Assembly: GCA_012522135.1 (NCBI GenBank)
Contig: JAAYLA010000030.1
Span: 1 to 43,071, forward strand
Source: Bacillota bacterium
GTDB lineage: Bacteria; Bacillota; Limnochordia; DTU080; JAAYLA01
Direction: 5' to 3'
DNA length: 43,071 nt
In this document: positions 16,399 to 25,802 of the stretch, one piece after another
How the letters are laid out: the number at the start of each line of letters is the position of its first letter
How positions within the stretch are numbered: the first letter of the stretch is position 1
Notes under the pieces: model-generated
What the model was told of the DNA's origin: nothing
The model's input: only the letters and a program-made list of their open reading frames with translations
Database searches by the model: none
Program-made: the position numbers and the translations under genes

Positions 16399-17216
16399 GG
16401 CTGCTCCTCCTCGGGCCCATGCACGGCGTGCGTGCGCAGCACGAGCTCGGCGGCTTCCTGCGCGGTGCGCGCAAAGGTGGCCACATCCGCACCGAGGTGC
16501 CTTAGGGCAAGCAGAAACTCGACGCCCGTCGGTGTGCCGATGCCCCAGTGGTCCGCGGCCTGGAACGGATTTGCGTCGCTGTCCAGGGGGCCGTCGTATA
16601 CGAGCTCGCCGTCTTTTAGCACGAGCAAGTGGTCAGCCCAGCGCGCGACTTCGTCCATGTCGTGGGATGAGAGCAGCACGCCGGTGCCCGTCTCTCGCCG
16701 CCACGCGTCGATCCGGAATAGCAGCTCTTCGCGCTGCAGCGGATCGAGCCCCGCGGCAGGCTCGTCGAGGAGCAGGAAGGACGGGCGCAGCGCCAGCGCT
16801 GCTGCGATGGCGACCAGCCGTTGGTCTCCGCCGCTCAGCCGGAAGGGCGACATGGGCGCCACGCGGCCGGGGTCTAACCCTACGGCTTCCAGTGCCCGGG
16901 ACACCGCAGGACCGGTCTCGGATTTCGGCAGGCCTTGGCGGGTGAGGCCGAAGGCGATCTCGTCGTACACCGTGCTGCAAAAGAAGTGGTGTTCAGGAAA
17001 CTGCATCACCAGGCCCGGCCTGCCTCCGTCGACGTGCACCCGGCCCGTTTGGGGTTCCAAGAGGCCTGCGATGATGCGGAGCAACGTCGACTTGCCGCTG
17101 CCGCTGCGGCCCACGAGCGCGGTCCACACGCCGTCCTCTATCCGCACGGAGAGCCCCTTGAGACCTCGCCCAGTAGTTGGATAGATGAAGCTCACTTCTT
17201 TGAGATCCAGGGCCAT
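16395..17216 (-). CDS. ecfA: ECF transporter ATPase component A2
   Basis: Walker A GRSGSGKST, signature LSGGDQRL, Walker B LLLDEP. Confidence 0.85.
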   Translation of the reverse strand: MALDLKEVSFIYPTTGRGLKGLSVRIEDGVWTALVGRSGSGKSTLLRIIAGLLEPQTGRVHVDGGRPGLVMQFPEHHFFCSTVYDEIAFGLTRQGLPKSETGPAVSRALEAVGLDPGRVAPMSPFRLSGGDQRLVAIAAALALRPSFLLLDEPAAGLDPLQREELLFRIDAWRRETGTGVLLSSHDMDEVARWADHLLVLKDGELVYDGPLDSDANPFQAADHWGIGTPTGVEFLLALRHLGADVATFARTAQEAAELVLRTHAVHGPEEEQP

Positions 17217-18001
17217 ATAGCTGCTGCGAGCTCCTTCGGTGTGCGTACTTGACGGCTCTCCGGAAAGCCGGCTTCAGCGAAGACGCGGGCGGCGCGGTAA
17301 AGGGGAGGCACGGCTAGGCGCCAGCGGCCGAGCGCGTCGGCGTCCCACAGGACTTCCCAGGGCCGGCCGGCGGCGGCGATCACTCCGCCGGCCAAGACGA
17401 GGACCCGGTCGGCGTAGAGTGCTTCCCCCAGGGAGTGGGTGATGCGCAAAACGGCGATGCCGAGCTCGTCCTTGCTGCGCTGCAAGGCAACATTCAGCTC
17501 GTCTTGCGCCGGGCGGTCCAGCATGGCCGTCGCCTCGTCGAGTATGAGGCACGCGGGATGCATGGCCAGTGCCCCGGCGATGGCAACACGCTGCTTTTCC
17601 CCGCCCGACAGCGTGGAAAGGGGCCGCTCGCGCATCTCCGCCAGGCCGCACACGGCAACCGCATGGTCCACCCGGCGTACGATTTCCTCGGTGGGCAGCC
17701 CCAAGTTTCCGGGGCCGAACGCGATGTCCTCTTCGACCGTGAGGCCAACGAGCTGGTTTTCGGGATTTTGAAACACAAGCCCGACCCGGCCCGGGCCGCC
17801 CCTTCCCCGCACCTCGACGCGGCCGTGCGTGGGCGTAAGGAGGCCCGCGATGAGCCGCGCCAGCGTGCTCTTGCCCGCGCCGCCGTGACCGACCAGGGCT
17901 ACCTCTTCCCCCGCCCGCAGGCTGAAGGAGACGCCCCGCAATACCGGCGCATCGGCCTTCGGATACGTAAAGTGCAGGTCGGTCACTTCGACGACGTCCA
18001 C
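17192..18001 (-). CDS. ecfA: ECF transporter ATPase component A1
   Basis: Walker A GHGGAGKST, signature LSGGEKQRV, Walker B LILDEAT. The GTG at 18001 (VDVVEVTDLHFTY) lies 8 nt after GAGGGGAG. The rest of the 325-aa ORF is a Pro/Gly/Arg-rich extension. Confidence 0.82.
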   Translation of the reverse strand: MDVVEVTDLHFTYPKADAPVLRGVSFSLRAGEEVALVGHGGAGKSTLARLIAGLLTPTHGRVEVRGRGGPGRVGLVFQNPENQLVGLTVEEDIAFGPGNLGLPTEEIVRRVDHAVAVCGLAEMRERPLSTLSGGEKQRVAIAGALAMHPACLILDEATAMLDRPAQDELNVALQRSKDELGIAVLRITHSLGEALYADRVLVLAGGVIAAAGRPWEVLWDADALGRWRLAVPPLYRAARVFAEAGFPESRQVRTPKELAAAIWPWISKK

Positions 18002-18123
18002 GCAGACGACTCCCCTCGGCGGCGTAACCCTGCCGGACACGACCGGTTTGTCTCCGCCAGGTTTCGGCCCGGTCCGTCCCCGGGGGACGGCCTCGCCTCC
18101 CAGTCTACCCGTAGCCGGAATCG

Positions 18124-18705
18124 ATGGCAAGGGAGCTTGCGACTTGGACAAGGTACCCGCAGGCCACACCTCGAAGACCTACACCGGACAGCACCGCGGA
18201 ACGGGAGCGTGTGGCCTTGACCGACTTGCCCGATGCAGCCTACCTGCTTCGACTCTATAGCCAGCTGCGCGCCAAATACTTTATGGAAAAAGGCACGCCG
18301 CTGCTGCCCGGCCCGGAGGAAGTGACGATCGAGTGGTCCGGCAGGCTGACCAGCTCGGCGGGCGTGTGCTATCCGCGCAAACGGATCATCCGTCTATCGA
18401 CCCATTACCATCGCCGCTATCCCCAGGATATCGAGGCGACACTGCTGCACGAGATGATCCACCTGCTCGTGCCGGGACACGGCTTGCAGTTCTATGCCTG
18501 GATGGAGCGCATTCGGCAGATGGGTGGCAGGGTAGAGCGCTACGCTAGGGAACGGGCCACGGCGAGGCAGCCGCCGCGGTGGCGGTACGAGTGTGCACGC
18601 TGCGGCGTGGCATGGCTGCGTTACCGGCGTCTGCGCGGGGGTGGGCGCCAGTACACGCACAGAGGCTGCGGCGGCCGGTTGATCGAGCAGGCCCTCGTCG
18701 ATTAG
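18124..18705 (+). CDS. SprT-like zinc metalloprotease domain protein
   Basis: LTSSAGVCYPRKRIIRLS, HExxH motif (LHEMIHL), and a C-terminal Cys pair set CARCG...HRGCGG. Confidence 0.7.
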   Translation: MARELATWTRYPQATPRRPTPDSTAERERVALTDLPDAAYLLRLYSQLRAKYFMEKGTPLLPGPEEVTIEWSGRLTSSAGVCYPRKRIIRLSTHYHRRYPQDIEATLLHEMIHLLVPGHGLQFYAWMERIRQMGGRVERYARERATARQPPRWRYECARCGVAWLRYRRLRGGGRQYTHRGCGGRLIEQALVD

Positions 18706-18743
18706 ATTTTCCGCCTCGGGATGACGGGTTACGGAGGTGCATT

Positions 18744-19304
18744 ATGCCACGGATCTTCATCGCTTTGCCGGTCGACGCTGCGGTCCGCCGGACGATCGCC
18801 GGAGCAATCCCTAAGGAAGACGGCGCCGTGCGCTGGGTGAAAGAACATCAGTACCATATTACGCTGAAGTTTCTCGGCGAGATATCGGAGCACGAGCTGC
18901 AGCAGACCTGCGCGGCCGTGGAGCAGGTAGGAAGGGCTTGGACCGAGCCGTTGCACCTTGCGGTCCGGGGGGTGGGCGCGTTCCCTAACACGGCTCGGGC
19001 CCGCGTCGTTTGGGTAGGTATTACGGGCGACGTCGGTCCCTTGCTCCGCCTGCAGCGCAGCGTGGAGCAAGCTCTGGCCGGCGCAGGCTTTCCCGCGGAG
19101 CGCCGTCCGTTCACTCCCCACGTCACGGTCGGGCGCCTACGAGATCCCGGTCCCTTGCCGGAAGCCGTGCTGGCCTACGAGAACTTCAACTTCGGGACGT
19201 GGACGGTACCGGCGGTGCAAGTCGTCGAAAGCACGCTGCGTCCCGCCGGTCCCGTCTACACCGTGCGGCATGAAGTGGCCCTTCCCGTCTCCGCCGCGAC
19301 GTGA
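18744..19304 (+). CDS. thpR: RNA 2',3'-cyclic phosphodiesterase (2H family, ThpR/LigT)
   Basis: MPRIFIALPV..., with two HxT motifs, HITLKFLG and HVTVGRL. RBS ACGGAGGTG. Confidence 0.85.
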   Translation: MPRIFIALPVDAAVRRTIAGAIPKEDGAVRWVKEHQYHITLKFLGEISEHELQQTCAAVEQVGRAWTEPLHLAVRGVGAFPNTARARVVWVGITGDVGPLLRLQRSVEQALAGAGFPAERRPFTPHVTVGRLRDPGPLPEAVLAYENFNFGTWTVPAVQVVESTLRPAGPVYTVRHEVALPVSAAT

Positions 19305-19330
19305 GCCGGCCCGGGCCCGGCGGGAAGCGC

Positions 19331-20608
19331 TCAGTGCCCGAGCCAGGCGGCGACGGCGTCGATTTGGCGGACGAAGAGCGGATTGAGCAATATGCCCGCG
19401 ACCGAAACCAACAGGACCAGGAGGATGGCCATGGCCACCTGGCGGCTCAGCTGGCGGCTGCGGGACCCCCGCCACACGAGCGGTAAGATGACTACCGCAC
19501 TGGCGATGCTGCTGAGCACCACCGCCCCGCCGGCCTCCATCGGCCCGATCTGTCCGATGGAGACCAAGTTTGCAGCGGAAGCAGCGGTCGACGAGCTCGA
19601 AACCATGCCACCCGCAAAGCTGACGGCGTAAAACCCGAAGACACCGAGCAGCGATTGCGCGATGCTGCCGATCACCGTGATGAGAGCGAAAAGAAAGCCG
19701 AAATTGAGGGCCGACTTCAGCGAGAACGGCGATTGCAGCACCAGTTCCGGCGGTTGGACGTCCTGGCGGCGCGAGGCCCGTAAGGCGATGACGAGCGAGA
19801 CCAGAAGCATCAGGCCTACGGGGAGGATGCTCCCGGGCAAAGCGCTCGGGGCAAAAAGGGCTAAAATGAGCGCGTTCCGGAGAAACGCCGCCACCTTAGC
19901 CCACATAATCCCGCGGAAGGCGTATTCCTCCATGCCGGTGCTTTCCCGTGCTTTATTGGCGAGCTCGACGGCGGTGGCGGTCGAATTTACCAGCCCCCCG
20001 AAAAAGCCGGTGAATGTGATGCCCTTCGCTCCGTACAGCTTCAGCAAGATGTAGTTGCCGAATCCGATCGAGCTGATGAGGACCACCATGAGCCAGATCT
20101 TGCGGGCGTCGAGCAGGCCCCAGGGGTCGACCGTCCCTTGGGGCAGTACGGGCAGGATGACGAAGCTGAGAATCCCGAGCGTAATGGCCGCGTGGATCTC
20201 GTTGCGCTGCAGGTAGTTGCTGAACGTGACCATTTCGTCCTTCCAGCTGAGCAGCGCCAGCATCATGATGACTACGGCCACCGGGACGACCAGGGGACCT
20301 TCGGCCACCAGCATCCCGACGATATACATGAGAAACAGGGCGACGGACGTCGTGGCCTCCACACCCGAACCGCGGTAGATCGCGCTAGCATTCATCACCA
20401 GCACGAGGACGGCGGTGAGTCCAAGACCTAGCAGGGCGAACTCGAGGCCCAGGTGCCAGGCGAGATAACCGAGAACGGCAGTAAACGAAAACGTCCGCAG
20501 CCCGACTTCTTTGCCCGCCCGCTCGCGCTCCATGCCGACGAGCAGGCCCAGACCGATCGTGACTGCGATGTGCGCCAGCGTATTGGCGGTGCCGGTCAGT
20601 CCGAGCAG
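19331..20608 (-). CDS. MgtC/SapB-family membrane protein with a DUF4010-like C-terminal membrane domain
   Basis: GMERERAGKEVGLRTF is the MgtC signature. The track ORF starts at the ATG at 20533, but the in-frame upstream sequence LLGLTGTANTLAHIAVTIGLGLLVG forms the expected first TM helix. The only in-frame start candidate there is the CTG at 20608, 10 nt after AAGGAG. Confidence 0.7.
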   Translation of the reverse strand: MLGLTGTANTLAHIAVTIGLGLLVGMERERAGKEVGLRTFSFTAVLGYLAWHLGLEFALLGLGLTAVLVLVMNASAIYRGSGVEATTSVALFLMYIVGMLVAEGPLVVPVAVVIMMLALLSWKDEMVTFSNYLQRNEIHAAITLGILSFVILPVLPQGTVDPWGLLDARKIWLMVVLISSIGFGNYILLKLYGAKGITFTGFFGGLVNSTATAVELANKARESTGMEEYAFRGIMWAKVAAFLRNALILALFAPSALPGSILPVGLMLLVSLVIALRASRRQDVQPPELVLQSPFSLKSALNFGFLFALITVIGSIAQSLLGVFGFYAVSFAGGMVSSSSTAASAANLVSIGQIGPMEAGGAVVLSSIASAVVILPLVWRGSRSRQLSRQVAMAILLVLLVSVAGILLNPLFVRQIDAVAAWLGH

Positions 20609-20653
20609 TGGCGATGCACTCCTTATTCCACCTTGATCCGAGGCCCGGTGCGC

Positions 20654-21388
20654 TTAGTTTTCCTTCAAGTAAGCGATGAGCCGCGCCGGGTAGTTCGTTA
20701 TAATACCATCAACGCCCGCCTCGAGCAACCAGGCCCAGCGCTCCGGTTTGTCGACGGTCCACACGTTCACTTTACGGCCGCTCTCCCGTACCCATGACAT
20801 GAACTCGGGCCGGATCACCTGCCAGCTGGGGTGGAGTATCCCGGTGTCCAGACCGGCCAGACTGGCGGGATAATGGGAGAAGAGGCAAGCCGTCGGGACG
20901 TTTGGTTCCAGCCGGGCGATGCGGTGCAGGCAGCTGTGGTCGAACGAAGAGATGATGACCTGTTCCAGGGGAAATCCGGTCTCGTGCAGCAGATCGACTA
21001 CCGCCTGTTCGATACCGGGATCCGCATACGGGATGTTCTTGATCTCGATGTTGAGCGCACACTTGCCCTTGGTGAACTCGAGCACTTCCTTCAGCAGCGG
21101 AACGCGCTCCCCGGCAAATTCTTGCCCTTCACCGAACCAGCTGCCGGCGTCTAGCTGTTCGATTTCGGCATAGGTGAGCTCGCGCACTGCGCCGGACCCA
21201 TTCGTCGTGCGCTCCAGCGTCGCATCGTGAATTACGACCACCTGGCCGTCTTTGGTGCGCTGTACGTCGAGTTCGATCATGTCGGCGCCCATCTCGACCG
21301 CCTGGCGGAATGCGGCCATCGTATTCTCGGGAGCGGTACCGGAAGCGCCGCGGTGGGCGATCACAAGCGGCATGTTTCGCGTGGCCAT
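20654..21388 (-). CDS. glpQ: Glycerophosphodiester phosphodiesterase
   Basis: VIAHRGASGTAPENTMAAF...ELDVQRTKDG..VVIHDATLERTT is the GDPD signature. RBS TAAGGAGGAG. Confidence 0.88.
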   Translation of the reverse strand: MATRNMPLVIAHRGASGTAPENTMAAFRQAVEMGADMIELDVQRTKDGQVVVIHDATLERTTNGSGAVRELTYAEIEQLDAGSWFGEGQEFAGERVPLLKEVLEFTKGKCALNIEIKNIPYADPGIEQAVVDLLHETGFPLEQVIISSFDHSCLHRIARLEPNVPTACLFSHYPASLAGLDTGILHPSWQVIRPEFMSWVRESGRKVNVWTVDKPERWAWLLEAGVDGIITNYPARLIAYLKEN

Positions 21389-21561
21389 TCTGACTCCTCC
21401 TTAGGGTGTGGAAGACGCTGTAGGACCGGGGTACTCCGGTCGGCACGCCAGAGATTTTGTCGCGCGCCTGGAGATATCCTGCAGGTCTTTTGCCCCTTAC
21501 TCTTGACGGTTCGGCCCGTGTGGTGCAGACTGCACGTAGACCGCCGGAAAGGTGATGTGGA

Positions 21562-21939
21562 ATGTTCGATTTTATCCGCAAGGCCGTGATTGCGCACAAG
21601 ATAGACGAAGTGAAGGCAGAGCTGCACCGGGCGGGACAGGCCCTGCAGGAACTCTTGATGGATGCCGACGTGCTGGAGAAGTTGGACGCCCATACCGTGT
21701 GGAGCCTGCTGCACGGACTGGACGCGTCGTTCACGGTGCTCGAAAAGACGCTCCGCAGTACTCTAAGTGAGAACGAGGCGGTCCATCCCGACGTGCGCCG
21801 GTCGCTGCGGGAGGTGCAAGCAGCGGTCGCAGCCCTGCGCTCCTCGCTAACGGGGCTGCTTCCGCTGGTGGAAAACGTCTATCCCCAGCCCGCCAGGAAA
21901 ACCCAGTGGGAGCTAGTTCCGCCGAACGGCCAGGCCTGA
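21562..21939 (+). CDS. Hypothetical helical protein (125 aa)
   Basis: ORF with host-like codon bias and an AAAGGTGA RBS. I recognise no motif. Confidence 0.5.
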   Translation: MFDFIRKAVIAHKIDEVKAELHRAGQALQELLMDADVLEKLDAHTVWSLLHGLDASFTVLEKTLRSTLSENEAVHPDVRRSLREVQAAVAALRSSLTGLLPLVENVYPQPARKTQWELVPPNGQA

Positions 21940-21956
21940 GGAGGACCAGAAGACGA

Positions 21957-21993
21957 GCCGGGCGCCCGGACTGAGCGTGCCCTTGCGCCCGGC
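21957..21993. terminator. GC-rich hairpin between convergent genes
   Basis: GCCGGGCGC (21957-21965) pairs with GCGCCCGGC (21985-21993). No clear T-tract. Confidence 0.35.
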
Positions 21994-22019
21994 CCGTTCC
22001 CTAAATCCTCCAGGCCATA

Positions 22020-23441
22020 CTAAATTCCCGGTTCAGTCTGCGCCCGGGGCGAGATGGCCGCGTCCACCTCTTCCTTACTCAGCCCGCTCATCTCGTAAGC
22101 CACTTCCCGCACGGGCCGGTTCTCCGCGAAGGCTTTCAGGGCAATTTCCGCCGCCCTGTCGTAACCGATGAGCGGATTGAGGGCGGTAACGAGGCTGGTT
22201 GACCGCTCCACGTAGCCTTCGCAGACCTCGCGGTTGACCGTCAGCCCCTTCAGCGCCTTCTCCACGAACATACGGCTCGCCCGTGCCAAAAGCTGGATGC
22301 TCTCGATCAGGTTGCGGGCCATGAGGGGCATCATCGCGTTCAAGTCGAGCTGTCCCCACTGGCCTCCGATGGTGACGGCTACGTGGTTCGCGGTCACCTG
22401 CGCCGCGACCATCACGACGCTCTCGCATATCACCGGGTTCACCTTGCCGGGCATGATGCTGGAGCCGGGCTGCACCGCGGGAAGGAGCAGTTCGCCTAGG
22501 CCGGTGCGGGGCCCCGAAGCGAGGAGGCGGATGTCGTTGGCTATCTTCATCAAACTGGCGGCCACCGTGTTCAGCGCGCCGCTCGCCCACACGTACGCGT
22601 CGCGGGAAGCCTGGGCTTCGAAATGGTTGCGCGCCTCGACGAACTCGGTGCCCGTAAGCTCGGAGAGGACGGCGGCGACGCGGCGGCCGAATTCCGGATG
22701 GGTGTTCAGCCCCGTCCCGACGGCAGTACCGCCGACGGCAAGCTCGCGCAAATGGGGGAGAACCGCCTCGACCCGCTCGATTCCATGCTCGATCTGGCTC
22801 GCGTAACCCGAAAACTCCTGGCCTAGCCGGATCGGGGTGGCGTCCATCAGATGCGTACGGCCGATCTTGATCACGTCGTCGAACTCCCGGGCCTTCTCCT
22901 CCAGGGTTTCCTGCAACAGGCGCAGCGCGGGCAAAAGCTCCCTTTCGATCTCGAGCACCGCGGCCACGTGCATCGCCGTGGGGAAGACGTCGTTCGAGCT
23001 TTGGCCGAAGTTGACGTGATCGTTCGGATGGATGAACGTGTCCTTGCCGATTTGGCCGCCTCCCAGCTCGATGGCCCGGTTGGCAATCACCTCGTTGGCG
23101 TTCATGTTGCTGCTCGTGCCGCTGCCGGTTTGGAAGACGTCGACGGGAAACTCGGCGTCGAGCAGCCCCTGCGCCACTTCGGCAGCTGCCTGCTCGATCA
23201 GCTTGGCTTTCTCGGCATCCAGAAGACCCAGCTCGCGATTGACCCGGGCGGCTGCCTGCTTGACAAGGCCCAGGGCGTGGATGAGCGTCGAAGGCAGCGG
23301 TTGGCCACTGATGGGAAAGTTCTCCACGGCTCGTTGGGTCTGCGCGCCGTAATACACGTTGGCCGGAATGCGCACTTCGCCCAAGGAGTCTTTAGCGGTG
23401 CGTTCGGGAAGGACGGTTTGAATGGCTCGTTTTTGCTCCAT
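22020..23441 (-). CDS. Class II fumarase/aspartase-family lyase (aspartate ammonia-lyase or fumarate hydratase)
   Basis: GSSIMPGKVNP signature. The N-terminus YYGAQTQRAVENFPISG is AspA-like, while QTGSGTSSNMNANEVIANRA and VTALNPLIGYDRAAEIA are FumC-like. I cannot decide the subfamily by eye. Confidence 0.85.
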   Translation of the reverse strand: MEQKRAIQTVLPERTAKDSLGEVRIPANVYYGAQTQRAVENFPISGQPLPSTLIHALGLVKQAAARVNRELGLLDAEKAKLIEQAAAEVAQGLLDAEFPVDVFQTGSGTSSNMNANEVIANRAIELGGGQIGKDTFIHPNDHVNFGQSSNDVFPTAMHVAAVLEIERELLPALRLLQETLEEKAREFDDVIKIGRTHLMDATPIRLGQEFSGYASQIEHGIERVEAVLPHLRELAVGGTAVGTGLNTHPEFGRRVAAVLSELTGTEFVEARNHFEAQASRDAYVWASGALNTVAASLMKIANDIRLLASGPRTGLGELLLPAVQPGSSIMPGKVNPVICESVVMVAAQVTANHVAVTIGGQWGQLDLNAMMPLMARNLIESIQLLARASRMFVEKALKGLTVNREVCEGYVERSTSLVTALNPLIGYDRAAEIALKAFAENRPVREVAYEMSGLSKEEVDAAISPRAQTEPGI

Positions 23442-23684
23442 GGTGGCACCTCCGAGAGGCGGTCTTCGTCTCTCAAGTTGGGAAATGACAGGTATTTCAA
23501 GTGTCGATTATCGGTTCTATCTTCGGGCGGGGTTATCCTCTTGCCAGGCATCGCGCCCGCACGAGGAAGGTACCGGAGCGGTGCTCTCGAATTTTCATAT
23601 ATATCACTCTGCTCGCCTATGACGAGCCTGTGTCATTCTACGTCATGAACCGACCGGGAAGGACTGACGGATGGAGGGAGTCTT

Positions 23685-25196
23685 GTGCAGCGCGAATTCA
23701 TCATCTCCATAGATCAAGGAACGACGGGCACGCGCGTCTTTCTCTTCGATCGCGCCGGGCGTCCGGTGGCCAGCCGCTATGAGGAGCTGCCCCAGTATTT
23801 TCCCCGGCCCGGCTGGGTGGAACACGATGCCGAAGAGATTTGGCAGGCGGCGGTACGGCTCATCCAGGAAGTTCTGACAGCCGAACGGGTGCAGCCTTCC
23901 GAAATCGCGGGCATCGGCATTACGAACCAGCGCGAGACGATCGTCGTATGGGACCGGAAAACGGGCGAACCCTTGCACAAGGCGATCGTGTGGCAGTGCC
24001 GCCGGTCCGCCGACATCTGCCGCAGGCTCGCCGACGAGGGTTTGGACGAGACGGTGGCGGACAAGACCGGTCTGCGCCTGGATCCGTATTTCTCGGGTAC
24101 GAAGATCACGTGGCTCATGGAAAACGTGCCCGAAGTCCGTGCGGCGCTCCTTGCGGGTAGGGCGGTCGTCGGCACCATCGATAGCTGGCTCATCTACAAG
24201 CTGTCGGGCGGGGCGAGCCACGTAACCGACATGTCGAACGCCTCGCGCACCTTGCTCTTCAATATCCGGGACCTGAAGTGGGACGATGACCTGCTCAACA
24301 TGTTGGGGGTCCCCGCAGCCGCGTTGCCCGAACCCGTGGCGTCGAGCGGCATCATCGCCCGGACGGTGCAGCACGGAGCCCTTCCGTCCGGCGTGCCGAT
24401 CGCGGGCGTAGCGGGCGACCAGCAGGCCGCGCTCTTCGGCCAGGCCTGTTTCGAGCCGGGCATGGCCAAGAATACATACGGCACCGGTTGCTTCCTACTG
24501 ATGCAGACGGGCCGCATGCCGGTGCGGTCAAGCACGGGACTGCTCACGACCGTTGCGTGGAACTTCGGCAGCCGCACGTACTATGCGCTGGAAGGTTCCA
24601 TCTTCATCGCAGGCGCGGCGATTCAGTGGCTGCGGGACGGCCTGAAGATCATCGAAAGCGCGCCGGAAAGCGAAGAACTGGCCCGCTCCGTTGACGATAC
24701 GGGCGGTCTGTACTTCGTCCCCGCGTTCGTCGGTTTGGGGGCGCCCTACTGGGATATGGAGGCCCGCGGCCTGATCACCGGCATCACCCGGGGCACCAGC
24801 CGCGCGCACCTCGCACGAGCCGCCTTGGAAGCGATCGCCTACCAGACGAAAGACGTACTCGATGCCATGAGCCGGGACAGCGGGATCAACCTGCGCGCCT
24901 TGCGCGTCGACGGCGGTGCGACGGCGAACGCCTTCCTCATGCAATTCCAGGCCGACATATTGAACATCCCGGTGGAGCGGCCTATCGTGATGGAGACGAC
25001 CGCTCTCGGCGCTGCTCTCCTGGCCGGCCTCGGAGTGGGCTGGTGGGCTTCTGTCGACGATCTGGCCGGCCGGTGGGAGATAGGGGCGCGCTTTGAACCC
25101 GTGATGGGCGCCGAGCAGCGAGACGCTTTGTACCGCGGTTGGGTCGACGCCGTGCAGCGCTCCCGGCGGGATATGGGCAAAGGGGAGGACGCCTGA
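23685..25196 (+). CDS. glpK: Glycerol kinase
   Basis: IISIDQGTTGTRVFLFD, GITNQRETIVVWD and the FGGY-family C-terminus. GTG start after GGAGGGAG. Confidence 0.93.
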   Translation: MQREFIISIDQGTTGTRVFLFDRAGRPVASRYEELPQYFPRPGWVEHDAEEIWQAAVRLIQEVLTAERVQPSEIAGIGITNQRETIVVWDRKTGEPLHKAIVWQCRRSADICRRLADEGLDETVADKTGLRLDPYFSGTKITWLMENVPEVRAALLAGRAVVGTIDSWLIYKLSGGASHVTDMSNASRTLLFNIRDLKWDDDLLNMLGVPAAALPEPVASSGIIARTVQHGALPSGVPIAGVAGDQQAALFGQACFEPGMAKNTYGTGCFLLMQTGRMPVRSSTGLLTTVAWNFGSRTYYALEGSIFIAGAAIQWLRDGLKIIESAPESEELARSVDDTGGLYFVPAFVGLGAPYWDMEARGLITGITRGTSRAHLARAALEAIAYQTKDVLDAMSRDSGINLRALRVDGGATANAFLMQFQADILNIPVERPIVMETTALGAALLAGLGVGWWASVDDLAGRWEIGARFEPVMGAEQRDALYRGWVDAVQRSRRDMGKGEDA

Positions 25197-25519
25197 TGCT
25201 GAGCTGGCTGTTCGGCGCGGCCGGCGGAGCCACCCCGGAGGACGTGCAGCGGGCGCTCGCGGCGGGCGAAGCCTGCATTGTTCTGGACGTGCGCGACCGG
25301 GACGAGTGGGAAGCGGGCCACGTGCCGGGTGCGGTTTGGATTCCCTTGGACGAGCTGCCGCAGCGCTTCCGCGAGCTGCCCGAGGACAAGATGGTCTACG
25401 CCATTTGCCGCAGCGGAGCGCGCAGCGCCCGAGCCGTACGTTTTCTCACAGCGCAAGGTTACAAGGCAGAAAACGTGATCGGCGGCATGGAGCAATGGAA
25501 GGGCGAATTGGAAATTTGA
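25196..25519 (+). CDS. Single-domain rhodanese (sulfurtransferase)
   Basis: VLDVRDRDEWEAGHVPGAVWIPL and the active-site loop CRSGARS. The ATG overlaps the glpK TGA (TGATG). Confidence 0.8.
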   Translation: MLSWLFGAAGGATPEDVQRALAAGEACIVLDVRDRDEWEAGHVPGAVWIPLDELPQRFRELPEDKMVYAICRSGARSARAVRFLTAQGYKAENVIGGMEQWKGELEI

Positions 25520-25565
25520 AGATCTAGCACGGGAACACAAACGCAGAAATTGCAAAACCGAGCCG

Positions 25566-25598
25566 GGGCACGTTCCGACATGGGCGTGCCCTGTTTTC
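25566..25598 (+). terminator. Rho-independent terminator after the rhodanese gene
   Basis: GGGCACG-12 nt-CGTGCCC followed by TGTTTTC. Confidence 0.6.
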
Positions 25599-25636
25599 AT
25601 GCCGGACTGGAAGCCAACACGCGGGCCGCCTGGAGC

Positions 25637-25745
25637 CTATAATAAAGTGATAAGTAAGGTGAAATAACGAAGGATAGGAATAAAACAGCTGTTCACCTTC
25701 AATTGCAGGAGATAGGCATATAATAGTGTAAAATAAGGGAACCAA
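25637..25745 (+). promoter_or_regulatory. AT-rich control region of the sugar ABC operon
   Basis: Perfect TATAAT at 25719-25724. Direct repeats GATAGGAATAAAA (25673) and GATAGGCATATAA (25711). Palindrome AACAGCTGTT (25684-25693). Inverted repeat GGTGAA (25658) / TTCACC (25692). Confidence 0.45.
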
Positions 25746-25802
25746 GTCGTCGGGCTCCGTGCCGGGCTCGGACAATTCAGTATAGAAGGGATGGGTTGAC
25801 AA

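Noticed and set aside
18002-18169. 56-codon N-terminal extension of ecfA1
   Set aside because: It is a Pro/Gly/Arg-rich sequence with no RBS. The GTG at 18001 gives the canonical ABC ATPase N-terminus with a GAGGGGAG RBS.
23442-23684. GlpP-type antiterminator/terminator leader in front of glpK
   Set aside because: Only a short hairpin (GCTCG-7 nt-CGAGC) without a T-tract is visible, and no glpP gene is in the window. I cannot support the call.
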